Below are positions 29,930 through 44,300 of a DNA stretch of 64,000 nucleotides, in pieces (positions within the stretch are counted from its first letter, which is position 1; each line of letters begins with the position of its first letter). The stretch comes from Eledone cirrhosa (taxonomy: Eukaryota): assembly GCA_964016885.1 (NCBI GenBank), contig OZ024740.1, positions 405,976,001-406,040,000 of the forward strand, in the 5' to 3' direction. Position numbers and translations under genes: made by a program. Below the pieces are notes generated by a model. The model worked only from the letters and a program-made list of their open reading frames with translations. It had not been told where the DNA came from and searched no databases.

Positions 29930-31130
29930 TTGGCTTAACAATTGTGTATATGGCCTAGTAGTTATAGTGCTGACTTCACAATTGTGTATATGGCCTAGTA
30001 GTTATAGTGTTGGTTTCACAATTGTGTATATGGCCTAATAGTTATTGTGTTGGCTTCACAAATGTGCATATGGCCTAGTAGTTATAGTGTTGGCTTCACA
30101 ATTGTGTATATGGCCTAGTACTTATAGTGTTGGCTTCACAATTGTGTATATAGCCTAGTAGTTATAGAATTGGTTTCACAATTGTTTATATGGCCTAGTA
30201 GTTATAGTGTTGACTTTACAATTGTGTATATGGCCTAGTAGTTATAGTGTTGACTTCAGAAATGTGTATATGGCCTAGTTGTTATAATGTTGGTTTGAAA
30301 ATTTTGTAAATGGCCTCTGGGTTATAGTGTTGTTTTCACAATTGTGTATATGGCCTAGTAGTTTTAATGTTGGTTTCACAATTGTGTATATGGCCTAGTA
30401 TATATAGTTTTGGTTTCACAACTGTGTATATGGCCTAGTAATTATAATGTTGGCTTCACAATTGTGTATATGGCCTAATAGTTATAGTGTTGGCTTCACA
30501 AATGTGTATATGGTCTAGTAGTTATAGTGTTGGCTTAACAATTGTGTATATGGCCTAGTAGTTATAGTGCTGACTCCACAATTGTGTATATGGCCTAGTA
30601 GTTATAGTGTTGGTTTCACAATTGTGTATATGGCCTAATAGTTATTGTGTTGGCTTCACAAATGTGCATATGGCCTAGTAGTTATAGTGTTGGCTTCACA
30701 ATTGTGTATATGGCCTAGTACTTATAGTGTTGGCTTCACAATTGTGTATATAGCCTAGTAATTATAGAATTGGTTTCACCATTGTGTATATGGCCTAGTA
30801 GTTATAGTGTTGACTTTACAATTGTGTATATGGCCTAGTAGTTATAGTGTTGACTTCACAAATGTGTATATGGCCTAGTTGTTATAATGTTGGTTTGACA
30901 ATTTTGTAAATGGCCTCTGGGTTATAGTGTTGTTTTCACAATTGTGTATATGGCCTAGTAGTTTTAATGTTGGTTTCACAATTGTGTATATGGCCTAGTA
31001 TATATAGTGTTGGTTTCACAACTGTGTATATGGCCTAGTAATTATAATGTTGGCTTCACAATTGTGTATATGGCCTAATAGTTATAGTGTTGGCTTCACA
31101 AATGTGTATATGGTCTAGTAGTTATAGTGT
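29930..31130. repeat. 600-bp (15-unit) local tandem duplication
   Basis: GTTATAGTGCTGAC at 29961/30561, TTATAGAATTGG at ~30161/30761 and TGGCCTCTGGG at 30311/30911 are each offset by 600. Confidence 0.9.
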
Positions 31131-34100
31131 TGGCTTCACAATTGTGTATATGGCCTAGTGGTTATAATGTTGGTTTCACAATTGTGTGTATGGTCTAGTA
31201 TTTATAGTGTTCGTTTCACAACTGTGTATATGGCCTAGTAATCATAATGTTGCCTTCACAATTTTGTATATGGCCTAGTAGTTATAGTGTTGGCTTAACA
31301 ATTGTGTATATGGCCTAGTAGTTATAGTGGTGGTTTCACAATTGTGTATATGGCCTAATAGTTATAGTGTTGGCTTCACAATTGTGCATATGGCCTAGTA
31401 GTTATAGTGTTGGCTTCACAATTGTGTATATGGCCTAGTAGTTATAGTGTTGGTTTCACAATTGTGTATATGGCCTAGTAGTTATAGTGTTGGTTTCACA
31501 ATTGTTTATATGGCCTAATAGTTATAGTGTTGGCTTCACAATTGTGCATATGGCCTAGTAGTTATAGTGTTGGCTTCACAATTGTGTATATGGCCTAGTA
31601 CTTATAGTGTTGGTTTCACAATTGTGTATATGGCCTAGCAGTTATAGTGTTTCTTTCACACTTGTGTATATAGCCTAGTAGATATAGTGTTGGCTTCACA
31701 ATTGTGTATATGGCCTAATAGTTATAGTGTTGGCTTCACAATTGTGTATATGGCCTAGTAGATATAGTGTTGGCTTCACAATTGTGTATATGGCCTAATA
31801 GTTATAGTGTTGGCTTCACAATTGTGTATATCGCCTAGTAGTTATAGTGTTGGCTTAACAATTGTGTATATGGTCTAGTACTTATAGTGTTGGCTTCACA
31901 GTTGTGTATATGGACTAGTAGTTATAGAGTTGGTTTCACAATTGTGTATATGACCTAGTAGTTGTAGTGTTGGCTTCACAAATGTGTATATGGCCTAGTT
32001 GTTATAATGTTGTTTTGACAATTGTGTATATGGCCTAGTAGTTAGAGTGTTGGCTTCACAATTGTGTATATGGCCTAGTAGTTAGAGTGTTGGCTTTACA
32101 ATTGTGTATATGGCCTAGTAGATATAGTGTTGGCTTCACAAATGTGTATATGGCCTAGTAGTTATAGTGTTGGCTTCACAATTGTGTGTATGGCCTCATG
32201 GTTATATTGTTGGTTTCACAATTGTGTATATGGTGTAGTACTTATAGTGTTGCTTTCACAAATGTGTATATGGCCTAGTAAATATAATGTTGACTTCACA
32301 ATTATGTATATGGCCTAATAGTTATAGTGCTGGCTTAACAATTGTGTATATGGCCTAGTAGTTATAGTGTTGGTTTCACAATTGTGTATATGGCCTAGTA
32401 GTTATAGTGTTGGTTTCACAATTGTGTATATGGCCTAATAGTTATAGTGTTGGCTTCACAATTGTGCATATGGCCTAGTAGTTATAGTGTTGGCTTCACA
32501 ATTGTGTATATGGCCTAGTACTCATAGTGTTGGTTTTACAATTGTGTATATGGCCTAATAGTTATAGTGTTGGCTTAACAATTGTGTATATGGCCTAGTA
32601 ATTATAGTGTTGGCTTCACAATTGTGTATATGGCCTAGTAGTTATAGTGTTGGTTTCACAATTGTGTATATGGCCTAATAGTTATTGTGTTTGCTTCACA
32701 ATTGTGCATATGGCCTAGTAGTTATAGTGTTGGCTTCACAAATGTTTATATGGCCTAGTAGTTATAGTGTTGGCTTCACAATTGTGTATATGGACTAGTA
32801 GTTATAGAGTTGGTTTCACAATTGTGTGTATGGCCTCATGGTTATAGTGTTGGTTTCACAATTGTGTATATGGCCTAGTAGTTATAGTGTTGACTTCACA
32901 ATTGTGTATATGGCCTAGTAGTTAGAGTGTTGGCTTAAGAATTGTGTATATGGCCTAGTAGTTATAGTGTTGGCCTCACAATTGTGTATATGGACTAGTA
33001 GTTATAGTGTTGGATTCACAAATGTGTATATGTCCTAGTAGTTAGAGTGTTGGCTTCACAATTGTGTATATGGCCTAGTAGTTATAATGTTGGTTTGACA
33101 ATTGTGTGTATGTCCTAGTAGTTAGAGTGTTGGCTTCACAATTTTGTGTATGTCCTAGTAGTTAGAGTGTTGGCTTCAGAAATGTGTATATGGCTTAGTA
33201 GCTATAGTGTTGGCTTCAAAATTGTGAAAGTGGCCTAGCAGTTATAGAGTTTCTTTCACACTTGTGTATAAAGCCTAGTAGATATAGTGTTGGTTTCACA
33301 ATTGTGTATAAGGCCTAGTAGTTATAATGTTGGTTTCACAATCGTGTGTATGGCCTAGTAGTTATAGTATTGGCTTCACAAATGTGTATATGGTCTAGTA
33401 GTTATAGTGTTGGCTTCACAATTGTGTATATGGGCTAGTAGTTAGAGTGTTGGCTTCACAATTGTGTATATGGCTTAGTAGCTATAGTGTTGGCATCAAT
33501 ATTGTGAAAGTGGCCTAGCAGTTATAGTGTTTGTTTCACACTTGAGTATATAGCCTAGTAGATATAGTGTTGGCTTCACAATTCTGTATATGGCCTAATA
33601 ATTATAGTGTTGGCTTCACAATTGTGTATATGGCCTAGTAGTTATAGTGTTGGCTATATAATTGTGTATATGGCCTAGTAGTTATAGTGTTGGCCTCACA
33701 ATTGTGTATATGACTTAGTAGTTATAGTGTTGGCTTCACAAATGTGTATATGGCCTAGTGGTTATAGTGTTGGCTTCACAATTATGTATATGGCCTAGTA
33801 GTTATAGTGTTGGTTTCACAATTGTGTGTATGTCCTAGTAGTTATAGTGTTGGCTTCACAAATGTGTATATGGCCAAGTAGTTATAGTGTTGGTTTCACA
33901 ATTGTGTATATGGCCTAGTAGTTATAGTGTTGGTTTCACAATTGTGTATATGGCCTAGTAGTTATAGTGTTGGCTTCACAATTGTGTATATGGCCTAGTA
34001 GTTATAGCGTTGGCTTCACAATTGTGTATATGCCTAGTAGTTATAGTGTTGGTTTCAAATAGTGTATATGGCCTAATAACTATAGTGTTGGCTTCACAAT

Positions 34101-37100
34101 TGTGTATATGGCCTAGTAGTTATAGGGGTGGCTTCACAATTGTGTATATGGCCTACTAGTTATAGTGTTAGCTTCACAAATGTGTATATGGCCTAGTAGT
34201 TATAATGTTGCTTTGACAATTGTGTAAATGGCCTCTGGGTTATAGTGTTGTTTTCACAACTGTGTATATGGCCTAGTAGTTATAATGTTGGTTTCACAAT
34301 TGTGTGTATGTCCTAGTAGTTATAGTGTTGGGTTCACAAATGTGTATATGGTCTAGTAGTTATAGTGTTGCCTTCACAATTGTGTATATGGCCTAGTGGT
34401 TATAATGTTGGGTTCAGAATTGTGTGTGTGGCCTAGTAGTTATAGTGTTGGTTTCACAACTGTGTATATGGCCTAGTAGTTAGAGTGTTAGCTTCACAAT
34501 TGTGTATATGGCCTAGTAGTTAGAGTGTTGGCCTCACAATTGTGTATATGGCCTAGTAGTTATAGTGTTGGTTTCAAATAGTGTATATGGCCTAATAACT
34601 ATAGTGTTGACTTCACAATTGTGTGTATGGCCTAGTAGTTATAGGGTTGGCTTCACAATAGTGTGTATGGCCTCATGGTTATAGTGTTTGTTTCACAATT
34701 GTGTATATGGCCTAGTAGTTATAGTGTTGGCCTCACAATTGTGTATATGGCCTAGTAGTTATAGTGTTGACTTCACAAATGTGTATATGGCCTAGTTGTT
34801 ATAGTGTTGGCTTCACAATTGTGTATATGGCCTAGCAGTTATAATGTTGGTTTCACAATTGTGTATATGGCCTAGTATATATAGTGTTGGTTTCACAACT
34901 GTGTATATGGCCTAGTAATTATAATGTTGGCTTCACAATTGTGTGTATGGCCTAATAGTTATAGAGTTGGCTTAACAATTGTGTATATGGCCTAGTAGTT
35001 ATAGTGTTGGTTTAACAATTGTGTATATGGCCTAGTAGTTATAATGTTGGTTTCACAATTGTGTATATGGCCTAGTATATAAAGTGTTGGTTTCACAACT
35101 GTGTATATGGCCTAGTAATTATAATGTTGGCTTCACAATTGTGTGTATGGCCTAATAGTTATAGAGTTGGCTTAACAATTGTGTATATGGCCTAGTAGTT
35201 ATAGTGTTGGTTTCACAATTGTGTATATGGCCTAGTAGTTATAGTGTTGATTTCACAATTGTGTATATGGCCTAATAGTTATAGTGTTGGCTTCACAATT
35301 GTGCATATGGCCTAGTACTTATAGTGTTGGCTTCACAATTGTGTATATAGCCTAGTACTTATAGTGTTGGTTTCACAATTGTCTATATGGCCTAATAGTT
35401 ATAGTGTTGGATTCACAATTGTGCATATGGCCTAGTAGTTATAGTGTTGACTTCACAATTGTGTATATGGCCTAGTAGTTATAGTGTTGGCTTCACAATT
35501 GTGTATATGGCCGAGTACTTATAGTGTTGGTTTCACAATTGTGTATATGGCCTAATAGTTATAGTGTTGGCTTAACAATTGTGTATATGGCCTAGTAGTT
35601 ATAGTGTTGGTTTCACAATTGTGTATATGGCCTAATAGTTATTGTGTTGGCTTCACAATTGTGCATATGACCTAGTAGTTATAGTGTTGGCTTCACAATT
35701 GTGTATATGGCCTAGTACTTATAGTGTTGGCTTCACAATTGTGTATATGGCCTAGTAATTATAGTGTTGGCTTCACAATTGTGTATATGGCCTAGTAGTT
35801 CTAATGTTGGTTTCACAATTGTGTGTATGTCCTAGTAGTTAAAGTGTTGGCTTCACAATTGTGTATATGGCCTAGTAGCTATAGTGTTGGCTTCAAAATT
35901 GTGTATATGGCCTAGTGGTTATAATGTTACGTTCAGAATTGTGTGTATATCCTAGTAGTTATAGTGTTCGCTTCACAATTGTGTATATGGTCTAGTAGTT
36001 ATAGTGTTGGCTTCACAATTGTGTATATGGCCTAATAGTTATAGTGTTGGCTTCACAATTGTGTATATCGCCTAGTAGTTATAGTGTTGGCTTCACAATT
36101 GTGTATATGGTCTAGTACTTATAGTGTTGGCTTCACAATTGTGTATATCGACTAGTAGTTATAGAGTTGGTTTCACAATTGTGTATATCGCCTCGTAGTT
36201 GTAGTGTTGGCTTCACAAATGTGTATATGGCCTAGTAGTTATAGAGTTGGTTTCACAATTGTGTATATGGCCTAGCAGTTATAGTGTTTCTTTCACACTT
36301 GTGTATATAGCCTAGTAGATATAGTGTTGGCTTCACAATTGTGTATATGGCCTAATAGTTATAGTGTTGGCTTCACAATTGTGTATGTGGCCTAGTAGAT
36401 ATAGTGTTGGCTTCACAATTGTGTATATGGCGTAATAGTTATAGTGTTGGCTTCACAATTGTGTATATCGCCTAGTAGTTATAGTATTGGCTTCACAATT
36501 GTGTATATGGTCTAGTACTTATAGTGTTGGCTTCACAATTGTGTATATGGACTAGTAGTTATAGAGTTGGTTTCACAATTGTGTATATGGCCTAGTAGTT
36601 GTAGTGTTGGCTTCAAAAATGTGTATATGGCCTAGTAGTTATAATGTTGGTTTGACAATTGTGTATATGTCCTAGTATTTATAGTGTTGGCTTCACAAAT
36701 GTTTATATGGCCTAGAAGTTAGAGTGTTGGCTTTACAATTGTGTATATGGCCTAGTAGTTATAGGGTTGGCTTCACAATTGTGTGTATGGCCTCATGGTT
36801 ATATTGTTGGTTTCACAATTGTGTATATGGTGTAGTACTTATAGTGTTGCTTTCACAAATGTGTATATGGCCTAGTAAATATAATTTTGACTTTACAATT
36901 ATGTATATGGCCTAATAGTTATAGTGCTGGCTTAACAATTGTGTATATGGCCTAGTAGTTATAGTGTTGGTTTTACAATTGTGTATATGGCCTAGTAGTT
37001 ATAGTGTTGGTTTCACAATTGTGTATATGGCCTAATAGTTATAGTGTTGGCTTCACAATTGTGCATATGGCCTAGTAGTTATAGTGTTGGTTTCACAATT

Positions 37101-40100
37101 GTGTATATGGCCTAGTACTCATAGTGTTGGTTTCACAATTGTGTATATGGCCTAATAATTATAGTGTTGGCTTAACAATTGTGTATATGGCCTAGTAATT
37201 ATAGTGTTGGCTTCACAATTGTGTATATGGCCTAGTAGTTATAGTGTTGGTTTCACAATTGTGCATATGGCCTAATAGTTATTGTGTTTGCTTCACAATT
37301 GTGCATATGGCCTAGTAGTTATAGTGTTGGCTTCACAATTGTGTACATGGCCTAGTACTTATAGTGTTGGCTTCACAATCGTGTATATGGCCTAGTAGTT
37401 ATAGAGTTGGTTTCACAATTGTGTGTATGGCCTCATGGTTATAGTGTTGGTTTCACAATTGTGTATATGTCCTAGTAGTTATAGTGTTGACTTCACAATT
37501 GTGTATATGGCCTAGTAGTTAGAGTGTTGGCTTAAGAATTGTGTATATGGCCTAGTAGTTATAGTGCCGGCCTCACAATTGTGTATATGGCCTAGTATTT
37601 ATAGTGTTGGCTTCACAATTGTATATATGGCCTAGTAGTTAGAGTGTTGGCTTCACAATTGTGTATATGGCCTAGTAGTTATAGAGTTGGTTTCACAATT
37701 GTGTGTATGGCCTCATGGTTATAGTGTTGGTTTCACAATTGTGTATATGGCCTAGTAGTTATAGTGTTGACTTCACAATTGTGTATATGGCCTAGTAGTT
37801 AGACTGTTGGCTTAAGAATTGTGTATATGGCCTAGTAGTTATAGTGTTGGCTTCACAAATGTGTATATGTCCTAGTAGTTAGACTGTTGGCTTCACAATT
37901 GTGTATATGGCCTAGTAGTTATAATGTTGGTTTGACAATTGTGTGTATGTCCTAGTAGTTAGAGTGTTGGCTTCACAATTTTGTATATGGCCTAGTAGTT
38001 AGAGTGTTGGCTTCACAATTGTGTATATCGCCTAGTAGTTATAGTGTTGGCTTCACAATTGTGTAAATGGTCTAGTACTTATAGTGTTGGCTTCACAATT
38101 GTGTATATGGACTAGTAGTTATAGAGTTGGTTTCACAATTGTGTATATGGCCTAGTAGTTGTAGTGTTGGCTTCACAAATGTGTATATCGCCTAGTAGTT
38201 ATAGAGTTGGTTTCACAATTGTGTATATGGCCTAGCAGTTATAGTGTTTCTTTCACACTTGTGTATATAGCCTAGTAGATATAGTGTTGGCTTCACAATT
38301 GTGTATATGGCCTAATAGTTATAGTGTTGGCTTCACAATTGTGTATATGGCCTAGTAGATATAGTGTTGGCTTAAGAATTGTGTATATGGCCCAGTAGTT
38401 ATAGTGTTGGCCTCACAATTGTGTATATGGCCTAGTAGTTGTAGTGTTGGCTTCACAATTGTGTATATCGCCTAGTAGTTATAGTGTTGGTTTGACAATT
38501 GTGTATATGGCCTAGTATTTATAGTGTTGGCTTCACAAATGTTTATATGGCCTAGTAGTTAGAGTGTTGGCTTCACAATTGTGTATATGGCCTAGTAGTT
38601 AGAGTGTTGGCTTTACAATTGTGTATATGGCCTAGTAGATATAGTGTTGGCTTCACAAATGTGTATATGGCCTAGTAGTTATAGTGTTGGCTTCACAATT
38701 GTGTATATGACTAGTAGTTCGAGTGTTGGCTTTACAATTGTGTATATGGCCTATTAGTTATAGTGTTGGCTTCACAATTGTGTGTATGGCCTAGTAGTTA
38801 TAGGGTTGGCTCCACAATTGTGTATATGGCCTAATAGTTATAGTGCTGGCTTAACAATTGTGTATATGGCCTAGTAGTTATAGTGTTGGTTTCACAATTT
38901 TGTATATGGCCTAGTAGTTATAGTGTTGGTTTCACAATTGTGTATAAGGCCTAATAGTTATAGTGTTGGCTTCACAATTGTGCAGATGGCCTAGTAGTTA
39001 TAGTGTTGGCTTCACAAATGTGTATATGGCCTAGTACTCATAGTATTGGTTTCACAATTGTGTATATGGCCTAATAGTTATAGTGTTGGCTTAACAATTG
39101 TGTATATGGCCTAGTAATTATAGTGTTGACTTCACAATTGTGTATATGGCCTAGTAGTTATAGTGTTGGTTTCACAATTGTGTATATGGCCTAATAGTTA
39201 TTGTGTTGGCTTCACAATTGTGCATATGGCCTAGTAGTTATAGTGTTGGCTTCACAATTGTGTATATGGCCTAGTACTTATAGTGTTGGCTTCACAATTG
39301 TGTATATGGCCTAGTAGTTATAGAGTTGGTTTCACAATTGTGTGTATGGCCTCATGGTTATAGTGTTGGTTTCACAATTGTGTATATGGCCTAGTAGTTA
39401 TAGTGTTGACTTCACAATTGTGTATATGGCCTAGTAGTTAGAGTGTTGGCTTAAGAATTGTGTATATGGCCTAGTAGTTATAGTGCTGGCCTCACAATTG
39501 TGTATATGGCCTAGTAGTTATAGTGTTGGCTTCACAAATGTGTATATGGCCTAGTAATTAGAGTGTTGGCTTCACAATTGTGTATATGGACTAGTAGTTA
39601 TAGAGTTGGTTTCACAATTGTGTGTATGGCCTCATGGTTATAGTGTTGGTTTCACAATTGTGTATATGGCCTAGTAGTTATAGTGTTGACTTCACAATTG
39701 TGTATATGGCCTAGTAGTTAGAGTGTTGGCTTAAGAATTGTGTATATGGCCTAGTAGTTATAGTGTTGGCCTCACAATTGTGTATATGGCCTAGTAGTTA
39801 TAGTGTTGGCTTCACAAATGTGTATATGTCCTAGTAGTTAGAGTGTTGGCTTCACAATTGTGTATATGGCCTAGTAGTTATAATGTTGGTTTGACAATTG
39901 TGTGTATGTCCTAGTAGTTAGAGTGTTGGCTTGACAATTTTGTATATGGCCTAGTAGTTAGAGTGTTGGCTTCACAATTGTGTATATGGCTTAGTAGCTA
40001 CAGTGTTGGCTTCAAAATTGTGAAAGTGGCCTAGCAGTTATAGTGTTGGCCTAACAATTGTGTATATGGCCTAGTAGTTATAATGTTGGTTTGACAATTG

Positions 40101-41399
40101 TGGAAATGGCCTCTGGGTTATAGTGTTGTTTTCACAATTGTGTATTTGGCCTAGTAGTTATAATGTTGGTTTCACAATTGTGTGTATGTCCTAGTAGTTA
40201 TAGTGTTGGCTTCACAAATGTGTATATGGTCTAATAGTTATAGTGTTGGCTTCACAATTGTGTATATGGCCTAGTGGTTATAATGTTGGGTTCAGAATTG
40301 TGTGTATATCCTAGTAGTTATAGTGTTGGTTTCACAATTGTGTATAAGGCCTAGTAGTTAGAGTGTTGGCTTCACAATTGTGTGTATGTCCTAGTAGTTA
40401 TAGTGTTGGCTTCACAAATGTGTATATGGGCTAGTAGTTAGAGTGTAGGCTTCACAATTGTGTATATGGCCTAGTAGTTAGAGTGTTGGCTTCACAATTG
40501 TGTATATGGCTTAGTAGATATAGTGTTGGCATCAATATTGTGAAAGTGGCCTAGCAGTTATAGTGTTTGTTTCACACTTGAGTATATAGCCTAGTAGATA
40601 TAGTGTTGGCTTCACAATTGTGCATATGGCCTAGTAGATATAGTGTTGGCTTCACAATTCTGTATATGGCCTAATAATTATAGTGTTGGCTTCACAATTG
40701 TGTATATGGCCTAGTAGTTATAGTGTTGGCCTCACAATTGTGTATATGGCCTAGTAGTTATAGTGTTGGCTTCACAATTGTGTGTATGTCCTAGTAGTTA
40801 TAGTGTTGGTTTCACAAATGTGTATATGGCCAAATAATTATAGTGTTGGTTTCACAATTGTGTATATGGCCTTGTAGTTATAGTGTTGGTTTCACAATTG
40901 TGTATATGACCTCGTAGTTATAGTGTTGGCTTCACAATTGTGTATATGGCCTAGTAGTTATAGGGTTGGCTTCACAATTGTGTATATGGCCTAGTAGTTA
41001 TAATGTTGGTTTCACAATTGTGTGTATGTCCTAGTAGTTATAGTGTTGGGTTCACAAATGTGTATATGGTCTAGTCGTTATTGTGTTGCCTTCACAATTG
41101 TCTATATGGCCTAGTGGTTATAATGTTGGGTTCAGAATTGTGTGTATGGCCTAGTAGTTATAGTGTTGGTTTCACAACTGTGTATATGGCCTAGTAGTTA
41201 GAGTGTTGGCTTCACAATTGTGTACATAGCCTAGTAGTTATAGCGTTGGCTTCACAATTGTGTATATGCCTAGTAGTTAGAGTGTTGGCTTTACAATTGT
41301 GTATATGGCCTAGTTGTTATAGTGTTGGCTTCACAATTGTGTATATGGCCTAGCAGTTATTATGTTGGTTTGACAATTTTGTAAATGGCCTCTGGGTTA

Positions 41400-44300
41400 T
41401 AGTGTTGGTTTCACAATTGTGTATATGGCCTAGTAGTTATAGTGTTGATTTCAAAACTGTGTATATGGCCTAATAGTTATAGAGTTGGCTTCACAATTGT
41501 GCATATGGCCTAGTACTTATAGTGTTGGCTTCACAATTGTGTATATGGCCTAGTACTTATAGTGTTGGTTTCACAATTGTGTATATGGCCTAGTAGTTAT
41601 AATGTTGGTTTCACAATTGTGTATATGGCCCAATAGTTATAGTGTTGGCTTCACAATTGTGCATATGGCCTAGTAGTTATAGTGTTGGCTTCACAATTGT
41701 GTATATGGCCTAGTAGTTATAGTGTTGGCTTCACAATTGTGTATATGGCGGAGTTCTTATAGTGTTGGTTTCACAATTGTGTATATGGCCTAATAGTTAT
41801 AGTGTTGGCTTAACAATTGTGTATATGGCCTAGTAATTATAGTGTTGGCTTCACAATTGTGTATATGGCCTAGTAGTTATAGTGTTGGTTTCACAATTGT
41901 GTATATGGCCTATAGTTATTGTGTTGGCTTCACAATTGTGTATATGGCCTAGTAGTTATAGTGTTGGCTTCACAATTGTGTATATGGCCTAGTACTTATA
42001 GTGTTGGCTTCACAATTGTGTATATGGCCTAGTAGTTATAGAGTTGGTTTCACAATTGTGTATATGGCCTAATAGTTATAGTGTTGGCTTCACAATTGTG
42101 CATATGGCCTAGTAGTTATAGTGTTGGCTTCACAATTGTGTATATGGCCCAGTAGTTATAGTGTTGGCTTCCCAATTGTGTATATGGCCTAGTAGTTATA
42201 GCGTTGGCTTCACAATTGTGTATATGCCTAGTAGTTATAGTGTTGGTTTCAAATAGTGTATATGGACTAATAACTATAGTGTTGGCTTCACAATTGTGTA
42301 TATGGCCTAGTAGTTATAGGGTTGGCTTCACAATTGTGTATATGGCCTAGTAGTTATAGTGTTAGCTTCACAATTGTGTATATGGCCTAGTAGTTATAAT
42401 GTTGGTTTCACAATTGTGTGTATGTACTAGTAGTTATAGTGTTGGGTTCACAAATGTGTATATGGTCTAGTAGTTATAGTGTTGCCTTCACAATTGTGTA
42501 TATGGCCTAGTGGTTATAATGTTGGGTTCAGAATTGTGTGTATGGCCTAGTAGTTATAGTGTTGGTTTCACAACTGTGTATATGGCCTAGTAGTTATAGC
42601 GTTGGCTTCACAATTGTGTATATGCCTAGTAGTTAGAGTGTTGGCTTTACAATTGTGTATATGGCCTAGTTGTTATAGTGTTGGCTTCACAATTGTGTAT
42701 ATGGCCTAGCAGTTATAATGTTGGTTTGACAATGTTGTAAATGGCCTCTGGGTTATAGTGTTGCTTTCACAATTGTGTATACGGCCTAGTAGTTATAATG
42801 TTGGTTTCACAATTGTGTATATGGCCTAGTAGTTATAGTGTTGGTTTCACAATTGTGTATATGGCCTAGTAGTTATAGTGTTGATTTCAAAATTGTGTAT
42901 ATGGCCTAATAGTTATAGAGTTGGCTTCACAATTGTGCATATGGCCTAATACTTATAGTGTTGGCTTCACAATTGTGTATATGGCCTAGTACTTATAGTG
43001 TTGGTTTCACAATTGTGTATATGGCCTAGTAGTTATAATGTTGGTTTCACAATTGTGTATATGGCCCAATAGTTATAGTGTTGGCTTCACAATTGTGCAT
43101 ATGGCCTAGTAGTTATAGTGTTGGCTTCACAATTGTGTATATGGCCTAGTAGTTATAGTGTTGGCTTCACAATTGTGTATATGGCGGAGTACTTATAGTG
43201 TTGGTTTCACAATTGTGTATATGGCCTAATAGTTATAGTGTTGGCTTAACAACTGTGTATATGGCCTAGTAATTATAGTGTTGGCTTCACAATTGTGTAT
43301 ATGGCCTAGTAGTTATAGTGTTGGTTTCACAATTGTGTATATGGCCTAATAGTTATTGTGTTGGCTTCACAATTGTGCATATGGCCTAGTAGTTATAGTG
43401 TTGGCTTCACAATTGTGCATATGGCCTAGTAGTTATAGTGTTGGCTTCACAATTGTGTATATGGCCTAGTAGTTATAGTGTTGACTTCACAATTGTGTAT
43501 ATGGCCTAGTAGTTATAGTGTTGGCCTCACAATTGTGTATATGGCCTAGTAGTTATAGTGTTGACTTCACAAATGTGTATATGGCCTAGTCGTTATAGTG
43601 TTGGCTTCACAATTGTGTATATGGCCTAGCAGTTATAATGTTGGTTTGACAATTTTGTAAATGGCCTCTGGGTTATAGTGTTGTTTTCACAATTGTGTAT
43701 ATGGCCTAGTAGTTATAATGTTGGTTTCACAATTGTGTATATGGCCTAGTATATATAGTGTTGGTTTCACAACTGTGTATATGGCCTAGTAATTATAATG
43801 TTGGCTTCACAATTGTGTATATGGCCTAATAGTTATAGTGTTGGCTTCACAAATGTGTATATGGTCTAGTAGTTATAGTGTTGGCTTCACAATTGTGTAT
43901 ATGGCCTAGTGGTTATATTGTTGGTTTCACAAGTGTGTGTATGGCCTAGTATTTATAGTGTTGGTTTCACAACTGTGTATATGGCCTAGTAATTATAATG
44001 TTGGCTTCACAATTGTGTATATGGTGTAATAGTTATAGTGTTGGCTCAACAATTGTGTATATGGCCTAGTAGTTAGAGTGTTGGTTTCACAATTGTGTAT
44101 ATGGCCTACTAGTTATAGTGTTGATTTCACAATTGTGTATATGGCCTAATAGTTATAGTGTTGGCTTCACAATTGTGTATATGGCCTAGTTGTTATAGTG
44201 TTGGCTTCACAATTGTGTATATGGCCTAGCAGTTATAATGTTGGTTTGACAATTTTGTAAATGGCCTCTGGGTTATAGTGTTGTTTTCACAATTGTGTAT

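Noticed and set aside
1161-36915. Four 63-aa Cys/Trp-rich ORFs (1161, 28847, 32127, 36724)
   Set aside because: These are chance read-through of about five 40-bp units in which variants remove stop codons. Their similarity comes from the satellite and its block duplications, and their starts are GTG inside the repeat.
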